Notes under the pieces: generated by a model
The model's database searches: none
Told to the model about the DNA's origin: nothing
The model's input: only the letters and a program-made list of their open reading frames with translations
Shown: positions 40,701 to 55,528 of the stretch, piece by piece
Position numbering within the stretch: the stretch's first letter is position 1
Layout: every line of letters starts with the position of its first letter
Assembly (NCBI GenBank): GCA_905331295.1
Contig: CAJNYD010000074.1
Location: 62,001 to 126,000, forward strand
DNA from: Rotaria socialis
Taxonomy: Eukaryota
Direction: 5' to 3'
Length of the DNA: 64,000 nt
Position numbers and translations under genes: made by a program

Positions 40701-41668
40701 AAATATCTATCAAGCTAAATTTTTGATCATAGGATGTAAACAAAATAAAAACTGCCGCATTACGTACAAAGACTATTGCGATATGGGCCATCCATAAGAA
40801 CAGATATAGGGAAAACTTTGGCAATTGAATGAAAATCAAATGATTCTTAAATCAATTTTAAAATATAGTACTTAGATTTTATCTATATTTATAGAACTTT
40901 CTTCTAATTATATGTATAGCTATTTCATCATGTTCTATTAAATACCTGTGGCCATAGCAACATTTGATGAGATACACGCCATTGTAACTGTATGTGCAGG
41001 AATTTTATTTGACAAGCCAGCGCTAAGTAAAGCCTATTAGCAAAAAAAAGAATATCATCAGTGAATTAAGAATTTTAATAATAAATTTTAATACTTCTCG
41101 AGCAATATTCGAGGTTCTAACTTCTTGAATAACTGTACCCATAACACAATAGTCTGGCACGGATTTATCGATATTTGTTCGTTTCAGGAGGCCACTAAAT
41201 TAATTTTCGTTCTAATAAGAATAGAAAACAAAAACCTTACAGAAGAGCATGTCGAGCTAATTGATAACCCATCAAATCTTTATAGGCAGTAAAACTCTGT
41301 AAGAATGGTGTACGAACGCCATCAATAAATACAACTTCACGACCAATGTCTTTCGTAGATTCTATAAAATGAAATTAAAAAAAACTAGTTTTACGCGTCT
41401 ATGCTATTTCTCTTTGATTTACTTGTTTTGCTCGATGAAGTTGTATCATTGGCAGTGGCTAATGTTCGTTGTTGTTGAGCACCTAATTGCCCTGGATTCT
41501 GAGTTGTGGAAGCTAATCCATTTGTTACGGACGAACGAAGAATATGGGTATTATGGTTACGTAAATGAATGAAACCTGTAGTTAAGTATACAAGTCTGTT
41601 TTAGTAATTGACGTAAAATATAATAAAAATATACATCTACCTTGTTGAAATGAACAGCGTAAAGCCAT
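37754..41668 (-). CDS. HADHB: Mitochondrial trifunctional enzyme beta subunit (3-ketoacyl-CoA thiolase)
   Basis: [83 protein letters not shown]. Many exons; three enlarged introns. Confidence 0.97.
38213..39160 (-). mobile_element. Non-autonomous Helentron-associated (HINE-like) element in a HADHB intron
   Basis: 15-bp subterminal inverted repeats GTGGAACTCACATAT (38249-38263) and ATATGTGAGTTTCAC (39141-39155); hairpin AGCCCC-GTT-GGAGCT (38229-38243) outside one repeat; A/T runs at both ends. Confidence 0.65.
38801..38891. repeat. 40-bp-period tandem repeat (about 2.3 copies) inside the intronic element
   Basis: TCGTAACTATGG(G/A)CTATAATAATAAAAA at 38824 and 38864. Confidence 0.85.
39305..39647 (+). 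mobile_element. DINE-1/HINE-like element in a HADHB intron
   Basis: 3' part GAGCTATCGTGTTAACGGCCGGACACACTGACTAAATCTAGTGTACTCAC-TTTT-TGAGTACAC ends in a hairpin; a near-identical copy lies at 55463-55528. Left boundary approximate. Confidence 0.65.
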
Positions 41669-43429
41669 TAGAACCTGTTTCTATGTATCTAAACAAGCGG
41701 ATGCACAATTCAACTAGTCAATTTTATCTATTTATGGGTACGGTTAAATAAATATATGATATTGGAATTTGAACTACAATTTTATTGATTAGTAACAATA
41801 GACGAATCACTATAATAAATAATACAGATGTCGTATTTCTACAGTTTAGTTCTTGCAGTCACATCATCAAAAAAGAACATAATATAATTTCTTTCTATCT
41901 GCAATGTTCAATAATGTAAATATGTCTATTGCGAAGTTAATTTCTCTATTATCTTATTGTTCATTAACAAACAGAAGTTCTATATCAAAAATGAATCAGA
42001 TTCTTTATGTCTTTCTTTCTTTCTTTCTTTTTCAATGGACAACACAGACACATCAAATATATTTCCCATTGTGTCTATTACAAGATACTGCTTATCTTAT
42101 GTTCAATGTATATATATATATATATATATATATTGTATGATTGTTGCATAATAGTTCCATTTTCATTCATTATATTATAAAGATTTTACGAGAGATGCTG
42201 GAGTGAATACAAGCGCCATACTTCCCTCACCCCAAAGGCTAATAATGTCACTCTAGCAGGCTACAATTGCTTAGTGAAGCACACATGGACATATAGTTTT
42301 TCGATCAATTAGATATCTGTGATCGAATCTCAAGTAAACTAATATAAAATAAATCGAATTGAATCACATTCAAAAAGTGAATAAATCATTCACTTCCAAA
42401 TATTGAATTTTGCGAACAAATAATATAAAAAGTCACGTTTACAATTCACCATTGAATAAGTCAAGAAGAAAAATAAACCTTGCATGTCTAATGAGTTTAG
42501 TGACTATGAAATAATTACTCAAAAATCATTTCTTTTGTTGTCAACAGTTGCTTTCTCACTCTCATCATTAATGGATTTTTACCCATCAACACACTGAGAG
42601 AGAATGTGTATGTGTGTGTGTGTGTGTAGAAGAGCATCCCTTTGTATACAAAAGTTTACGGATATTTTTGTTTAGTACTAGTGGAACTATTATCGAACGC
42701 TGAGTGTCGGTCAGGAGAAAGAGTTAGTGGTGCCTTTGACCAATCGAGAAAGAGACGAACGTTGATGAACAACGCTCTTCTGCTGTGCTTTTTCTTTCTT
42801 CTCCTCCTCCCTCGTTTTTCTCTTGACATATGAAAAGAGAATAAAAGAGGAAAATCCCGCCGTCGACCGTCGCTGTCGACGAGACGTACATGTATGTGTG
42901 CTAGATGAACGCGAGAGAATATGCTGAAAGAGAGGAAAAAAGTTTCATGGTAGTGGTTAAAGAAGAGAAGTAGAAAGAGAGATCGACCGACGTGTGCATA
43001 GAGAACATCACCGCTCCATCTATTGCTTCTCCTCCGACAACAAATAACACGAACAAGCTGCGGTTTACGATCCAAATAGTCTTAAGTGAAACATCGAACA
43101 ACAGCAACATAAATAATAACAACAACATTCTTTAGTCGACAATTGATAATGACATTGTCTCTTTTCGTTAAACATACGCTATGAGCAAATATTTTGAATT
43201 GGTCAATTAAAATAAAATAAGTATGTCACAATAATATCATTTCGTTTTATCCATTGGCAACAGTAATCATCAATTATCAATTAAATAATATATTTTATTG
43301 TCGCGACAATTTACTAATAAATATAGACACAGTCCATATAATGATCTGTGATTAATATATGACGAGTAGATTTTCTCTTTTATTCTTAATTGCAAACTTC
43401 AATTTATTACTACATTAAAAGAAAACAAG

Positions 43430-45896
43430 ATGAATCTTATTGAAAATGCAGAAAAAGAATGTGCCGTACTGGGCACATTATTTCAAGGAATTGTCAATGA
43501 AATGAAGGTTAGTAACAATGTATCATAAGTTCTAATTCATATATTCATCAGATAAGAAAAAAGAAAATCCTAAAAATATCACATCTGTTTCATCGAACAC
43601 ACAAGTATAGAAGCCTTCAAATGCCAAGGATTTCATCATCTTCATCTTCATCTTCATCTTCTTCATTTACGATGAACTACTGCATCTTAAGTTAAAATGA
43701 TTTTTCAAGCTCTAATGCAAACATCTAAAGTGATTATTGGTAAACTATCGTAAAAAGAAGAAGGCCGATCGAATTACTCTAATAGTCATCTGACTTTTTT
43801 TCACATGTCATTACAACAGAGAAAAGTGGAAAAGAAATGTAACTTTTCTTGTTACTATTTCTAGAACAGTTCATCGTTATGGGAAGATTTGGCATCGAAG
43901 GCAAACAAAATGCATATCCAACTCAAGTAAGTCTCTTTCTTATAATTGTGTTTCATCAACCTTGAAAATTGCGTTCAAGTAATACTATTTAGTAAAAAAT
44001 GAGTATAACTATGCACGAGACATGCATCGCGTTCGCCTGATCGAATCAACAGGAAAATCGTTTGAGAGAAATGCCATTGGAATAACCTCTGAAGAGTTGA
44101 TTCCTTTTTTTTTGTCTATATCATAGACGATGCTCTGTCTTGTATATATATATATATATTCCTTCATTGATGGATGCTGTCGATAATGAAATGATACAGA
44201 CTCACGCAAAAGATGTAATATTTGATGAACAGCTACTATGGAGAAAAAGATGAGGAGAACTGTCACAATATTTTCTTTTCAAATAATTAGCACTTGAACT
44301 GATGCCGATGCGGCTCAATAATACTATCGAACTCGATGGCTTTAGTCAATATAAATGAAAAGAAATTATAAATTCGATCGCTGTATTATACGTATGTCTT
44401 TCAGCTTAGCTGACACGTCAGGTAGACAAACGTGAGTATGAGAAAATAATCATTGTGACATTTACATACTAATTTTGTCTTATCTTTTTCATTATTAATA
44501 TATACACCACAAGTTCGAGTATACAATTCTTAATGTATATTTCATAGTTTAACGAAATGTCAGTTTATTTCTTCTCGTTGTTTTATTTACAATTTATGAT
44601 ATGATGAAAGTGACTTGATCAATCATTACTATTATTTTCACACATATATGCTCATTCATCAAAAAAGAGAAAACGACAAAGACAAAGACGAAGTCAAATA
44701 TCAATTGTCTTTTCTTTTTTTGTTTAGATCTACAATAATTACTTTCAGCCTATTTCTTGATGCTTTTCAACGTATCGCTGATTTAGCAACAAATACAAAA
44801 GGTGCAACACGAGAAATTGGCACTGCGTTGACACGTTTAATTTTACGTCATAAATCTATTGAACAAAAATTAAAATGCTTTACAAGTTCATTGGTGGAAA
44901 CATTTATTCAGCCACTAAGTGAACGTATTGAAGAATGGAAAAAATCAGCAAATACATTAGATAAAGATCATGCAAAGGGTCTCAAAGGTATATATTTATT
45001 AATTAAATTTCTGTTCAGTCTTTTCATCTCTTTTGTACTATCTATATTAAATGTAGATTACAAAAAATTACGCAATGAACTGCGTAAAAAAGCAACAGAA
45101 ACAGCAAAACTACAAAAAAAATGTCGCAAATGTAAAAATACTTTTTTTTTATTGATTAGCAAATAAATAGATCATTTTTCTCTTCAAATATTTATCTTCT
45201 AGTACCAAAACATGATGCATTACATAATAAACTTAATTCAGCAATACAAGAAGTATCAAATTATTATGGCATGTTAGAAGAACGTGAAAAACAAGCATTA
45301 CGTTCAGCAATGATTGAAGAACGAAGTCGTTTTTGTACATTATTTACTTTACTAAAACCTGTTATGGTAAATAGAATAAAGCAAAATTAGTATATCCGGT
45401 GACCGGATATAAATAGAATTCTGAAAAAACTTGAAAGAATGTTTTTTGGACTCGATTCAAAGTCATTTCCTTGCGGAAATTTTGCTCTTTTTCTTTCTTG
45501 ACTTTTCGTTAAAGTAAAAAATATCTCATCTTTTTTTTAATAGGAACTTGAAATTTCACTTGCATCTGAAATGAGTCATATCGAAGATCTTGTACAATAT
45601 TTAGCTAAACATACAACTGATCCACATACATTACCAACAGCCAGCGAACAAGTTATTAAAGATATTAAAGGCATTGATTACAGTACAATTGTTGCATTTA
45701 AAGTACTATCATTTGTTTTTTATTGTTGAGTTTATCTATAATTTTAAATGATCTAGACCCCACCATCGTCACCTGGCTCATTGAGTTCACGCAAATCAAG
45801 TGTTTGTTCAATAAATAGTATTAGTAGTTCATCATCAAATTCAACAAATAATTCACGTAGTCCAACTCATAAACAAAGTCTAACGCAACAACCACT

Positions 45897-45934
<38 letters not shown>

Positions 45935-48341
45935 CACAAATGCCTATATCAATTCAACATCAATTTAGTCATTTGAATAATAACAATAATAATAATAATA
46001 ATAATCGATCATCATCCATACCTGTAAGAACATGCAATTGAATCATATAAAATAAAGTAACTTATCTATATATTTTTTGTATCTATTAGTCTAATGTTGC
46101 TGTGAGTCGTTTATCAAGTGTATCATCTCAAGATTCTGGTTTTACATCTCAAGAACAGTTTTTCGCTCGTCCGCCATCACCACTTGAAGAGGCAGAGGTA
46201 AATTATAATGGTTTTTGAAAATAACTTTGATTATAAACCGAAATATATTTTTTTCTTTTGTATAGCGTGAAGTTGATGGTAGTTCTAGTCCATTACTAGT
46301 TGTTTGTTCAACATTAAATGCTTGGGCAAAACGCCCTGAAATCTCTTCGAATTGTAAACATCCGGCAACAGTAACCGGTGCACCTGAACCAGTAAAAAAT
46401 TGTCGGCCAGCTATAACAGCACATACATTTGATCCACCATCACCTAGTCTATTTGAAAAACCAAATTGGCAGATCTATGAAGAAACAAATCATCGAACTA
46501 CAACAGTCTGTATTTTTAATATAGCATTAGAATAAATTTCAAGAGTTTATTGATATTGTATAGATATCTGACGATGGTCTTTACGGTGCTCTATCTCGTC
46601 AACATTCAGTACCATCTCGTCGTTGTCGTATACGTGATCTTAGTTTAGAAAGATATTTGCCTATGCGCGAACAACATTATCAATCAACGTTAAGCAATAT
46701 TTCTAATGGACGTGCTAAACCTACACAACCACCAACTGTACCACCAGATTATTATGGTACAATTGGAAATCGACTTAGTCCAGGTAGATTAAATCATTTT
46801 TTTTAAATTAAATTATCAATCTTTACTATAAAAATATTTTTACATAATTAGTATAGAAATCTTGTTATGTGAGCTCTAGAAAGTGTAGTTGTTGAGCGAC
46901 TATGTCGTTCAATAATAAATACCGATTATATACTGTACGGAAAAGGTTGTAGACAAGCTATTGTACGTCTTGGATCAATCATTCCATCGTACTTCTGATT
47001 ACATTTTTACATTTTTACATATTAGACATATTCTTATATATGAACTATGCAAAGATTCTTTATCAAATTGACTTCCTATCCACAGGTACTGATGATATTA
47101 ATTGTAGAAAACATAATGGGACTACCGAATATGTTAACAGGCAATATCATATAACGGAAGGTAGTTTGAAGGTCAAAATACTCTTCCTTCCTTGATATAA
47201 TTGCTATGACTACAAATCTAACGAAGGATAGACGTATTTCTTTAGCATTAGAGACATCTTTTTCCTTACATTTAAGACAATTATAATCAAATTTATAAGG
47301 TGCATCTACATGAGAGTTATTCTTAGCTGACTCCAACATTAATTCAGTTAGTTATCACGAGAGATGTTTATAAATAGTAGCTTTCTTACAATACGAAGTG
47401 AAATGTTGTCCTTTATTTACATGATTGGTGAAATAAAAATGACTTTATTTGTTTAGAAGATACTAATAAACGCTTACGCAGTTCTACATTACCATCTGAA
47501 GCAATCGTAAGAAAAGAAATTCTTCATTTATTATAATTAAATCCTTAAACTCATTTTCTTCTACTCAGACACCTGATGCACGCACAATAGTTTGGCGTGA
47601 ACGACAACGTCAAAATGGTGGTAGTTCTGCATCACAATATGGAACCTATTATGGTAAGCCATCATTTGAATCAGCCGATGAAACTCTCGATGAAAGTAAG
47701 TTAATTGTCTTGAAAAGATTTTTTCATTTAATAAGTCATTCTGTTTTCTTTATAGTGTATGATTATTTAACAAAAAGTATGTAATCATCTCTTGTGTTTT
47801 TTAATATATTTTTATTTAAATAATTAATATTTAAGGTATTCATTCATCCAATCCACCACAACCAAAAAATGAAACACTACGTCGTGGTATGTCAATAGCT
47901 TTAAATCAAAATGAAAAACCGCCACCACCACCAATACGTCGTACACCATCAATGAATACTACTTGCCATCAACAACAGCAACAATTAAGTAATGGTTATA
48001 TGGAATTACAATCACGTCTTAAAGCTCGTTTAAAACGTGCTGAAGAAATAGCCAATCAAGCTAATCAGATCAATTCACAACAGCAAAAGATGACAACAGT
48101 AACTAAAACAATGACAACCATTGTTGCACAATCACATACTACCGATGATGACTTTCCACCACCACCAGAATTTCTACTTAATGATACTTTGAAACAGTCA
48201 TCATCACCAACGGTGACAACAAGAATAACGACAACAACAACAACAACAGCTCCTTCATCGTTACTCGAAGAAATTCAGCGTGGTTTTAAATTGCGTAAAA
48301 CGTCGTTGAATAGAGATAGATCAGCTCCACGTTTGAAATAA
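43430..48341 (+). CDS. MTSS1: MTSS1/MIM (IMD/I-BAR domain + C-terminal WH2)
   Basis: EKECAVLGTLFQGIVNEMK..FLDAFQRIADLATNTKGATREIGTALTRLILRHKSIE..IEERSRFC; SSVSSQDSGFTSQ; WH2 SLLEEIQRGFKLRKTSLNRDRSAPRL*. Many short GT-AG introns. Confidence 0.96.
45391..45411. repeat. Perfect palindrome with 10-bp arms in an MTSS1 intron
   Basis: TATATCCGGT-G-ACCGGATATA. Confidence 0.9.
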
Positions 48342-50273
48342 CTGGTTTCTCAGGAATGACTTTGCTGTGTTTTTTTTTCTAATTATGTGCAGATAATATT
48401 GTCCGATTAGTATAATCAGTCTTGACAAAATGAAATAATCATAAATGACTTTTGTAAATAGATCTTTATATAATACAAATATACACGTATTAACTTTTCT
48501 GAATTTGTTTTCTTTTGTGCGTTCGTTGTTGTTAATTGCTGTTGTCAGTTTTGTTTTTTTTCTTTTCTTTTTCAAAGAGCAGCATCATATTTACGATACA
48601 TGGATTCTTTTTTTAATGATTTCGACTACGTTTAGATTCTAAAATGAGGGATTAGTTGTATAAGATGCTTTCTTTGAAGAACAATCATCGTGCTTATTAG
48701 CTTTCAAGGATATACATATATATATATATGATCTACATGCATCATATTTGAATTTCATAAAAAATAATTGATTACATCCTGTGGCTTAACTATATTTCCG
48801 AGCTAGAAAGAATGCACGATATATTTTCCTTTCAATGCGACTTTTTGTTTTGTTTGTTTGAACTAAAAAGACGTCTATTTATTTATCAAGAACTCAGTAG
48901 TTTGTTTAAAACGATAACTCACATTGTATTCTTCGAATAAAAATTCTAAATCTAAATCAAGATTCAAATGATCTCAGTTTTCATAGAAACCAAAGACAAC
49001 AATCGCCTGAATGATGCATCACTGTACAGCTTAGAAATAGATTAACGCATTAAATATTATTTGCAAGAACGCTCAGACTATTGTAAAGTTCATCTTGATG
49101 GTGACATATTTGTTTTGTTATACTTCTTAGATTCTAAATTTTTTGTAATACTTCATATTAATATTTTTCTTGGACCATTGAAATAGAGGATAGCATACTT
49201 AGAACTGCTGCAGATATAGTGTTGATCTGCAGAAAATTTATTTGTCGGTTCAATTAGTGATAAATAGAGTCATAGTAATAAGTTATAAAACATAACGAGC
49301 ATATAGCAATAAGAAAAAGAATCTGTTTAAAATAAAAAAAAGATAAATACAACAGTGTTCTTTGACAATCAGTTATTATGGTAAAGCCATACGCTTCTGT
49401 TGAAGAGTTTTTCAATTCGGTTAGATTATTAGTAGAATAAAGCTGAATAAGACGTGATTTCCATATTAAAGCCATGAATGGACTGTCCTAAGAAGCTTTT
49501 GACAAAAGAGTTTGAGTGCTACTCCATGACTAATAGGAGGAAATTTGGCTCGAATGAAAAAAGAGTTTAGTAGTCGGTAGATTGAGTTGGTAATGACTTG
49601 ATTAAATTCGTCTAAAAGCTCATTTTTATAACTTTTTTTAAATCATCGATGCCTATCAAACACCTATTCATATTATTACATGAAACTAAGAAAAAATATC
49701 CGCATCAAGACAAAGTAGAATCGATTTCAATTTTCAAAACATCGGAAGGTTTTGTTGAAGCTAAAGTAAACCGAAAGAGACATGAGGTTGAAGTAGAATG
49801 ATATACATAAGAACCCAATTTCTTATTGTGGGCTTCACGATTGAGCGAAAAAAATTCATCGAATTATTGTTGAAATCATTGCGTCCGTTGAAGGATGAAA
49901 TTTCATAATCATATTATTCGACATAGAACGCTTGTTAATATTGTGATACTTCTAGCTCATTTAATTAGCATATTTCAAGCAAATCGATTTGAGTCTTCAA
50001 CTCATTATTCGAATTTTTTATTTTTGCTCTTTGAAAAATTTATAATTTTTTTTGATAAAATGCTCGATCATATTTTATTTCACTTTTGTTCATGTTTTGT
50101 GCTATTAAAAAGCGCGAGAGATGCAGGACAAGAAAATGAATAAAATAAAATCAGATCGTAATACCAGAGATAGAAAGAAAAAAACAAGATAGATTAGCAT
50201 TTTATCTGACAACAAGTACAGAAGGAAAAGAAACAGTGTAAACTACGAATTATAAAGTCCTTGTTTTGTCCAA

Positions 50274-53200
50274 TTAAGCAACTTGGCTTTGTGGTACAAC
50301 GGTAGATGCCTTGATTTCCATTAATTCTTTGTTAGCATCAACATCGTAATTGATTTTTTCGTCGTGAACATCATCTCGTGCCCATGGTTCAGTTTCTCCA
50401 CGAGCTAAGAGTGAAAATGCGACAGCCGATATAAGAAATGATGCAGCATATAACATCAATGCAAGTTTCCATTCACCTGCTGTTTTCTAAATTACAAAAA
50501 GACACAATTATAAAAATGGCTCATTATCTTGTTTTTTTCTTGAATACAAACATTTTTTGTAATGAAACCTGTGATGTACGGTGCACAGAAGCCACCAATA
50601 CTAGCTAAAATAAAACAGTTGATTTTATTGATTCTAATGATTAACTATTATTGCTTACAAATCGTATTGCAAACACCAAACACAACGCCTGAATGAACAC
50701 CACTGAAATCGCCAACATTAACAACATAACCACCAGACATCATAAAACCGCTAAAAGATTCATTTTTTGAAAAAATGATACAATAGTAATTTAAAGTTTC
50801 TAAGGCTACCGTTAACGTGAAGACCGAGTCAACTTTTATCGGTCTCTCTCATCTGGATGTGAATTCGTAGAGCTTGAGAAACTAATCACACAGATACAGT
50901 TTTAATTTGATTCAAGTCAAGATTTGACTGAAAATATTATAAAAGGCTCAAATAAAACAGTAAGAAATTATGAATTGATTTTCATTTTAATCGCTTCAAA
51001 ATTATGGTAACATGTGCAGAATCATAGTCAAGAGCTGAATTATACTATATATATTTTAATGAAACGGTTTCCGCTGGCGTAGACATCTGCTATCCTTAGA
51101 AAATTTCTCATTAGTTTCGGCAAGATTCTAGGAGTATGATATTGGCTTTGTTCTTTACATTGATAATGATCACAGATGACGCTAAATACGTAGCATTTTT
51201 TTATTTCTTTTTTTGATAATACTAAATAAGTATCTTGATGGCTCACGAACAAACAGTGTGAATGCGACAAGTCACGTACTTGTATTTATGGTTACAAGCA
51301 ACTAGATAGATTAAAAGTAATTATCATAAATATATACTATGGAGATTACAGCAGCTACGTATATTGAAGCAGATTTTCTTAAATTTATTACTTTGAATCA
51401 AAACTAACATTTTATATTCGATGGAAAACATTGAATCAGAGTACAATATTGTCATCAAATTCGAGAAAATAAATTTATTAAAGCTTGCAAGTTTCTGCTA
51501 GAAAAATGAATTCATTATTGACAAGAGCATTTCATTGTGAAACATGATCGATGGAAAATGTTAACCTCGCTCTTCCTCGAAGATCATAACTCGAAGTTAA
51601 TCAAAGACAGTAGTAGACCATACTCACGAGCCTCCATGCATCATTTGTCAATGTCTCATTGCTATGTGTGAGCTAACTGATTATTGTATTGCGGGACAAA
51701 AAAATTAATAAGTAGAATGAAACAATCTGTGTGCGTGTGTCGTGAACGATATCAGTTCTGTCATGTTTCACTTGCTTTTAATTCTATAAGAATTTCTCGA
51801 ATAGTTTTTCAGAGATTTAAGTTTTCACAGTCAAAAAAGTGATTAATTTGTCAAGCTCTATTAAACTACACATGAGTACACCGAAAATTTACTCGAACTT
51901 CTCTTGGATAGAAACTTACTTTAAGGCAACGCCAACAAATAAGAGAGTAACCGCTAAACGGCGACTTTCACAATCAAGAAATGACATTAATAAAAGACAT
52001 ATTGCCGGTGCTAATGTTCCAACACCATGAAATAATTTTCTTGTATTAACACGTTTTAAATATTTCTTTTTAATTATCAAATCTGCTAAACCGCCAGATA
52101 ACATAACAACAATAAAACTACCGATTTGTGGTAATGCTGAATAAATACCATTTTCTTTGTTTGTAAATAACAATACTTCATCCATATATTGTGGTATAAC
52201 AGTCCAAATAGCTATGAAAATAAATAAACCAGCAATGGTCTCCTTCTTTCATATAGCAAATCGAAACAGACCATAGAGACCAAAATCACAGAAAAACATT
52301 GATACAACAATACACCAAAAGCCTTGTGATCGTAACATCGGTACCCATGGTGTTTTCTAAAAATGAATATGCATACTAAACCAATGTGCAATAGAATTTT
52401 CTTTTTCTCTTACTGTTCGTGTATCTTGAATTTTTTCGGCGGCTTTACATGCTTGAATATAGTCTCTTTCGTTGTCAGATATATGTTTATTTAATACTGG
52501 TGTATCACTTGCAAGAAAAAGCCAAAATATTGACCAAAGTATGCCAAGACCACCTAAATTAGTATATGAATTATTTGAATATTTAAATTATTCAAGTCTG
52601 TTTACCGAGAACATAGAAGAAGTATGTCCAACCAAATCTCAATATGAACGGCATTGCAGAGCTGAATGAAAACTCACAGAAAAACCCACCCATCATGTAC
52701 GAAACAATAGTACCCATTGATGGTCCTAAGAGAATGGAAATGTTTTGTTGAATGTGGTTAAATGATGTTTTATTGAAAAACTTTACCAGAACTTGGAAAT
52801 GAGAGGAGAGTTGTTCGTTCCGATGCTGGAGCCCATGTAGCCCAAAAACGAAATATTGTTGGCCAAAGACCACCCTTGAAAAATTCAAAAACAGAATGAT
52901 TATATCAGGATATAAACGTCAATAGAAAGAAATATAGAGCAAAGAATGATATTGATTTTTACTAAAAACAACTCATATATTAGAAGTTTTTATCTCAATG
53001 TATATTATGTTTATACATACCTGAGCGGCACCAGCCACAATTCTCAATAGAATAACAGCAGCTGGATGTAAATTTGAGACAAGTGGTACGAGTAACGTAG
53101 CTGCTGATGATACTAATATTAGTATAGCAAGAAAGCGTTTCGGTCCAAGTATATTAACCGCAACAGATGATGGTATTTGTGTTAAAGCATAACCCCAATA

Positions 53201-53702
53201 GAACGAGCCTAGAATAGTACCGCGTGTTGTTTTTGGCCAAAACAGAACTTGACTTTCCTATTAGATATAAAATGGCGATTATAACAATGAATTAAAAGAA
53301 AAACAGGAATTATTCGCACAGTTCGATCGTTTTGGTCAGTATGTTTTTTACATGATTCTGGAATATTACGACTAATTACAGGATCCGTGTTGCTGTCTGA
53401 TGAAGTCAAATTATCAGCACTTGGATCAACCATACAGACAATGCTTACGCTAAAATAAATGAGTAAAATTGAAATTTCATTCAATATTCTAATTATAAAA
53501 TCATACGAAAGTCCATTGCGTTGAGCATAGCAAAGAAAAAAACCAAGAAATGCGAGAAAGGCCAATAGCAAACGAAATGAGCAGAATAATGGAGCTAATG
53601 TTCAAAAAAACAAAATATTGATATTGTTTAATTTTAATTCTTTTTCTTCTTACCTTTTGCTTCAGTACCATTAACGGTGTAGCCCTCTTTAGTTTTCGTC
53701 AT
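50274..53702 (-). CDS. SLC17 family (sialin / Na-phosphate / anion) MFS transporter
   Basis: YAQRNGLSVSIVCMV, GTILGSFYWGYALTQIP, GVVFGPTISFLATWAPASERT, NKENGIYSALP, RKLFHGVG, GETEPWA; about 10 exons. Confidence 0.93.
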
Positions 53703-55462
53703 GACAGAGCTGAAATCTAGAATAAATGTAAACTAAAAATAGACGCGTCGATACATTTTATACTCAAGTGTCTTTTTTTGGTTAGGCACTGGATAGAATG
53801 ATGCAACGACATCAACAATCTTCATTAGTATAGTCTGATTGCGTCATCCTTTTCATTCATATTTTTTATTCTCAAGGTGGTTTATGGTTACAAAACGACA
53901 CGCTCGTATACATATTCATCAAAAGAAAAATGTAGGAAATCAACTACATGAATGAGTGCACGAATGTTATTAAAAGTATGTAAAGTAATCTGTAGTAACT
54001 ATTTTCATTCTATGCTCTCTTATTCTTAACACGCGAATGAAAGAATAACATTCAAATTTTATTTTTATCAAAACTGCTCAAGTATTCGTTATTATCAACT
54101 TTAATTCCAGTGACCTATCCTAGAATGCATTCTTGCTCGAATGAATTATTCGAACGATGCTATGTTCTTCATATAAAAAAAATTGCCTATGCATGAGATA
54201 TAATGAAGAAACAAGAGTAGTCAGATTATTATTATGATAAGATTAGCAAAAGCAGAAAAGAATAAGAATTTTTCTTTACAATAGATGATAGAAAAAACAA
54301 GTTTATATTTAGAAATATGTGTCTGATAATCTACTCGTTGAAGTATCGTTATCAGTATATAACTAAAATATTAGTAGTTTTTCCCTTGTATCAATGAATG
54401 ATGAATGTCAGACAAATAATCAATGAAAAAAAAACAGACTAAAGAGATTTTATTCAATAATTATATTCACTGAAAGAATGTTTACGGTCTTTATCATTTG
54501 AAGGCAATAAAATATGATCAAGATTTTCTTTTATTCAGTGATAGTTCCTTATTTTGGACAAGAAAATTTATAATACTAATCTAGAAAGGTAGTTACATCA
54601 ATTATCTAGTGCTGATCTATTTTTTCTAATGAAATCAATTACTAAAACAAACAAAAAACGATAAAAAAAACAAAAATAATTAATTATACATATACTCGTA
54701 AAGACAACGTAGAAATAGGCAAACTCTAGTTTGAAATGTCCCACAACCCCTATTGGCCGTGAATTAAATAGTCATCGCTGCTCGTATGTCAACTTTAATT
54801 CAAGTCAAACAAGACAGTATGTATGCATGACCGCAAAAAATATCGTATATCGCCTGTTCAACGCACACACACACACACATGCATTATATTTCACCTTTCG
54901 CTAGGACAACATTTCATGACCATTATTAATAAGAATGCACTATGACTACGAACGCATAGGACGATATACATGGGTGAGTAGTCACAATCGTATGTTGTCC
55001 TACTGTGCATGAAGAAATACGATGATTTACAAACAAAAGAATGTTTATTCGCTGTCTTCGCACGCATACAGAAATCATACAAGACCTTCGTTGTGGTTGG
55101 TTAGTATTCAAATACAATAATAACCTTGCGTCGTTAATTACTATAGGGTATTGAATAGATACAGACATATTTGGGTTTCGCACGATTTGGCTTAACTGAT
55201 AACATTTTATGATAAACACAACCTATTTTCTCACCATATCCTATTGAACATAATTGTATACGAAGAGACACATATATGATGATAATCAATATCGCGGTAG
55301 TGTACGAGAACAAAGAAGTGTGACTTAATTATCTTAATCTTTATGATCATATTATTTAGAATATGGTCTTTCAATCGATATCTATGCTACATGATTTCTT
55401 ACATTTTGAGTTCTTAGCTTTGAAATATGTTTTTAATGAAAATAATTGAATGAGACTTACCA

Positions 55463-55528
55463 GAGTTATCGTGTTAACGACCGGACACACTGACCGAATC
55501 TAGTGTACTCACCACTTTTTGAGTACAC
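55463..55528 (+). mobile_element. Isolated 3' end of the same DINE-1/HINE-like family as 39581-39643
   Basis: GAGTTATCGTGTTAACGACCGGACACACTGACCGAATCTAGTGTACTCACCACTTTTTGAGTACAC followed by an A run. Confidence 0.7.

Noticed and set aside
42642..43128. ORFs of 63-139 aa and a small GTCGAC hairpin upstream of MTSS1
   Set aside because: GC-richer promoter/5' UTR sequence; translations are low-complexity and the 7-bp stem is not significant.
47076..47339. 87-aa antisense ORF within an MTSS1 intron (possible nested gene)
   Set aside because: No motif, no exon partners; compatible with chance or TE debris.
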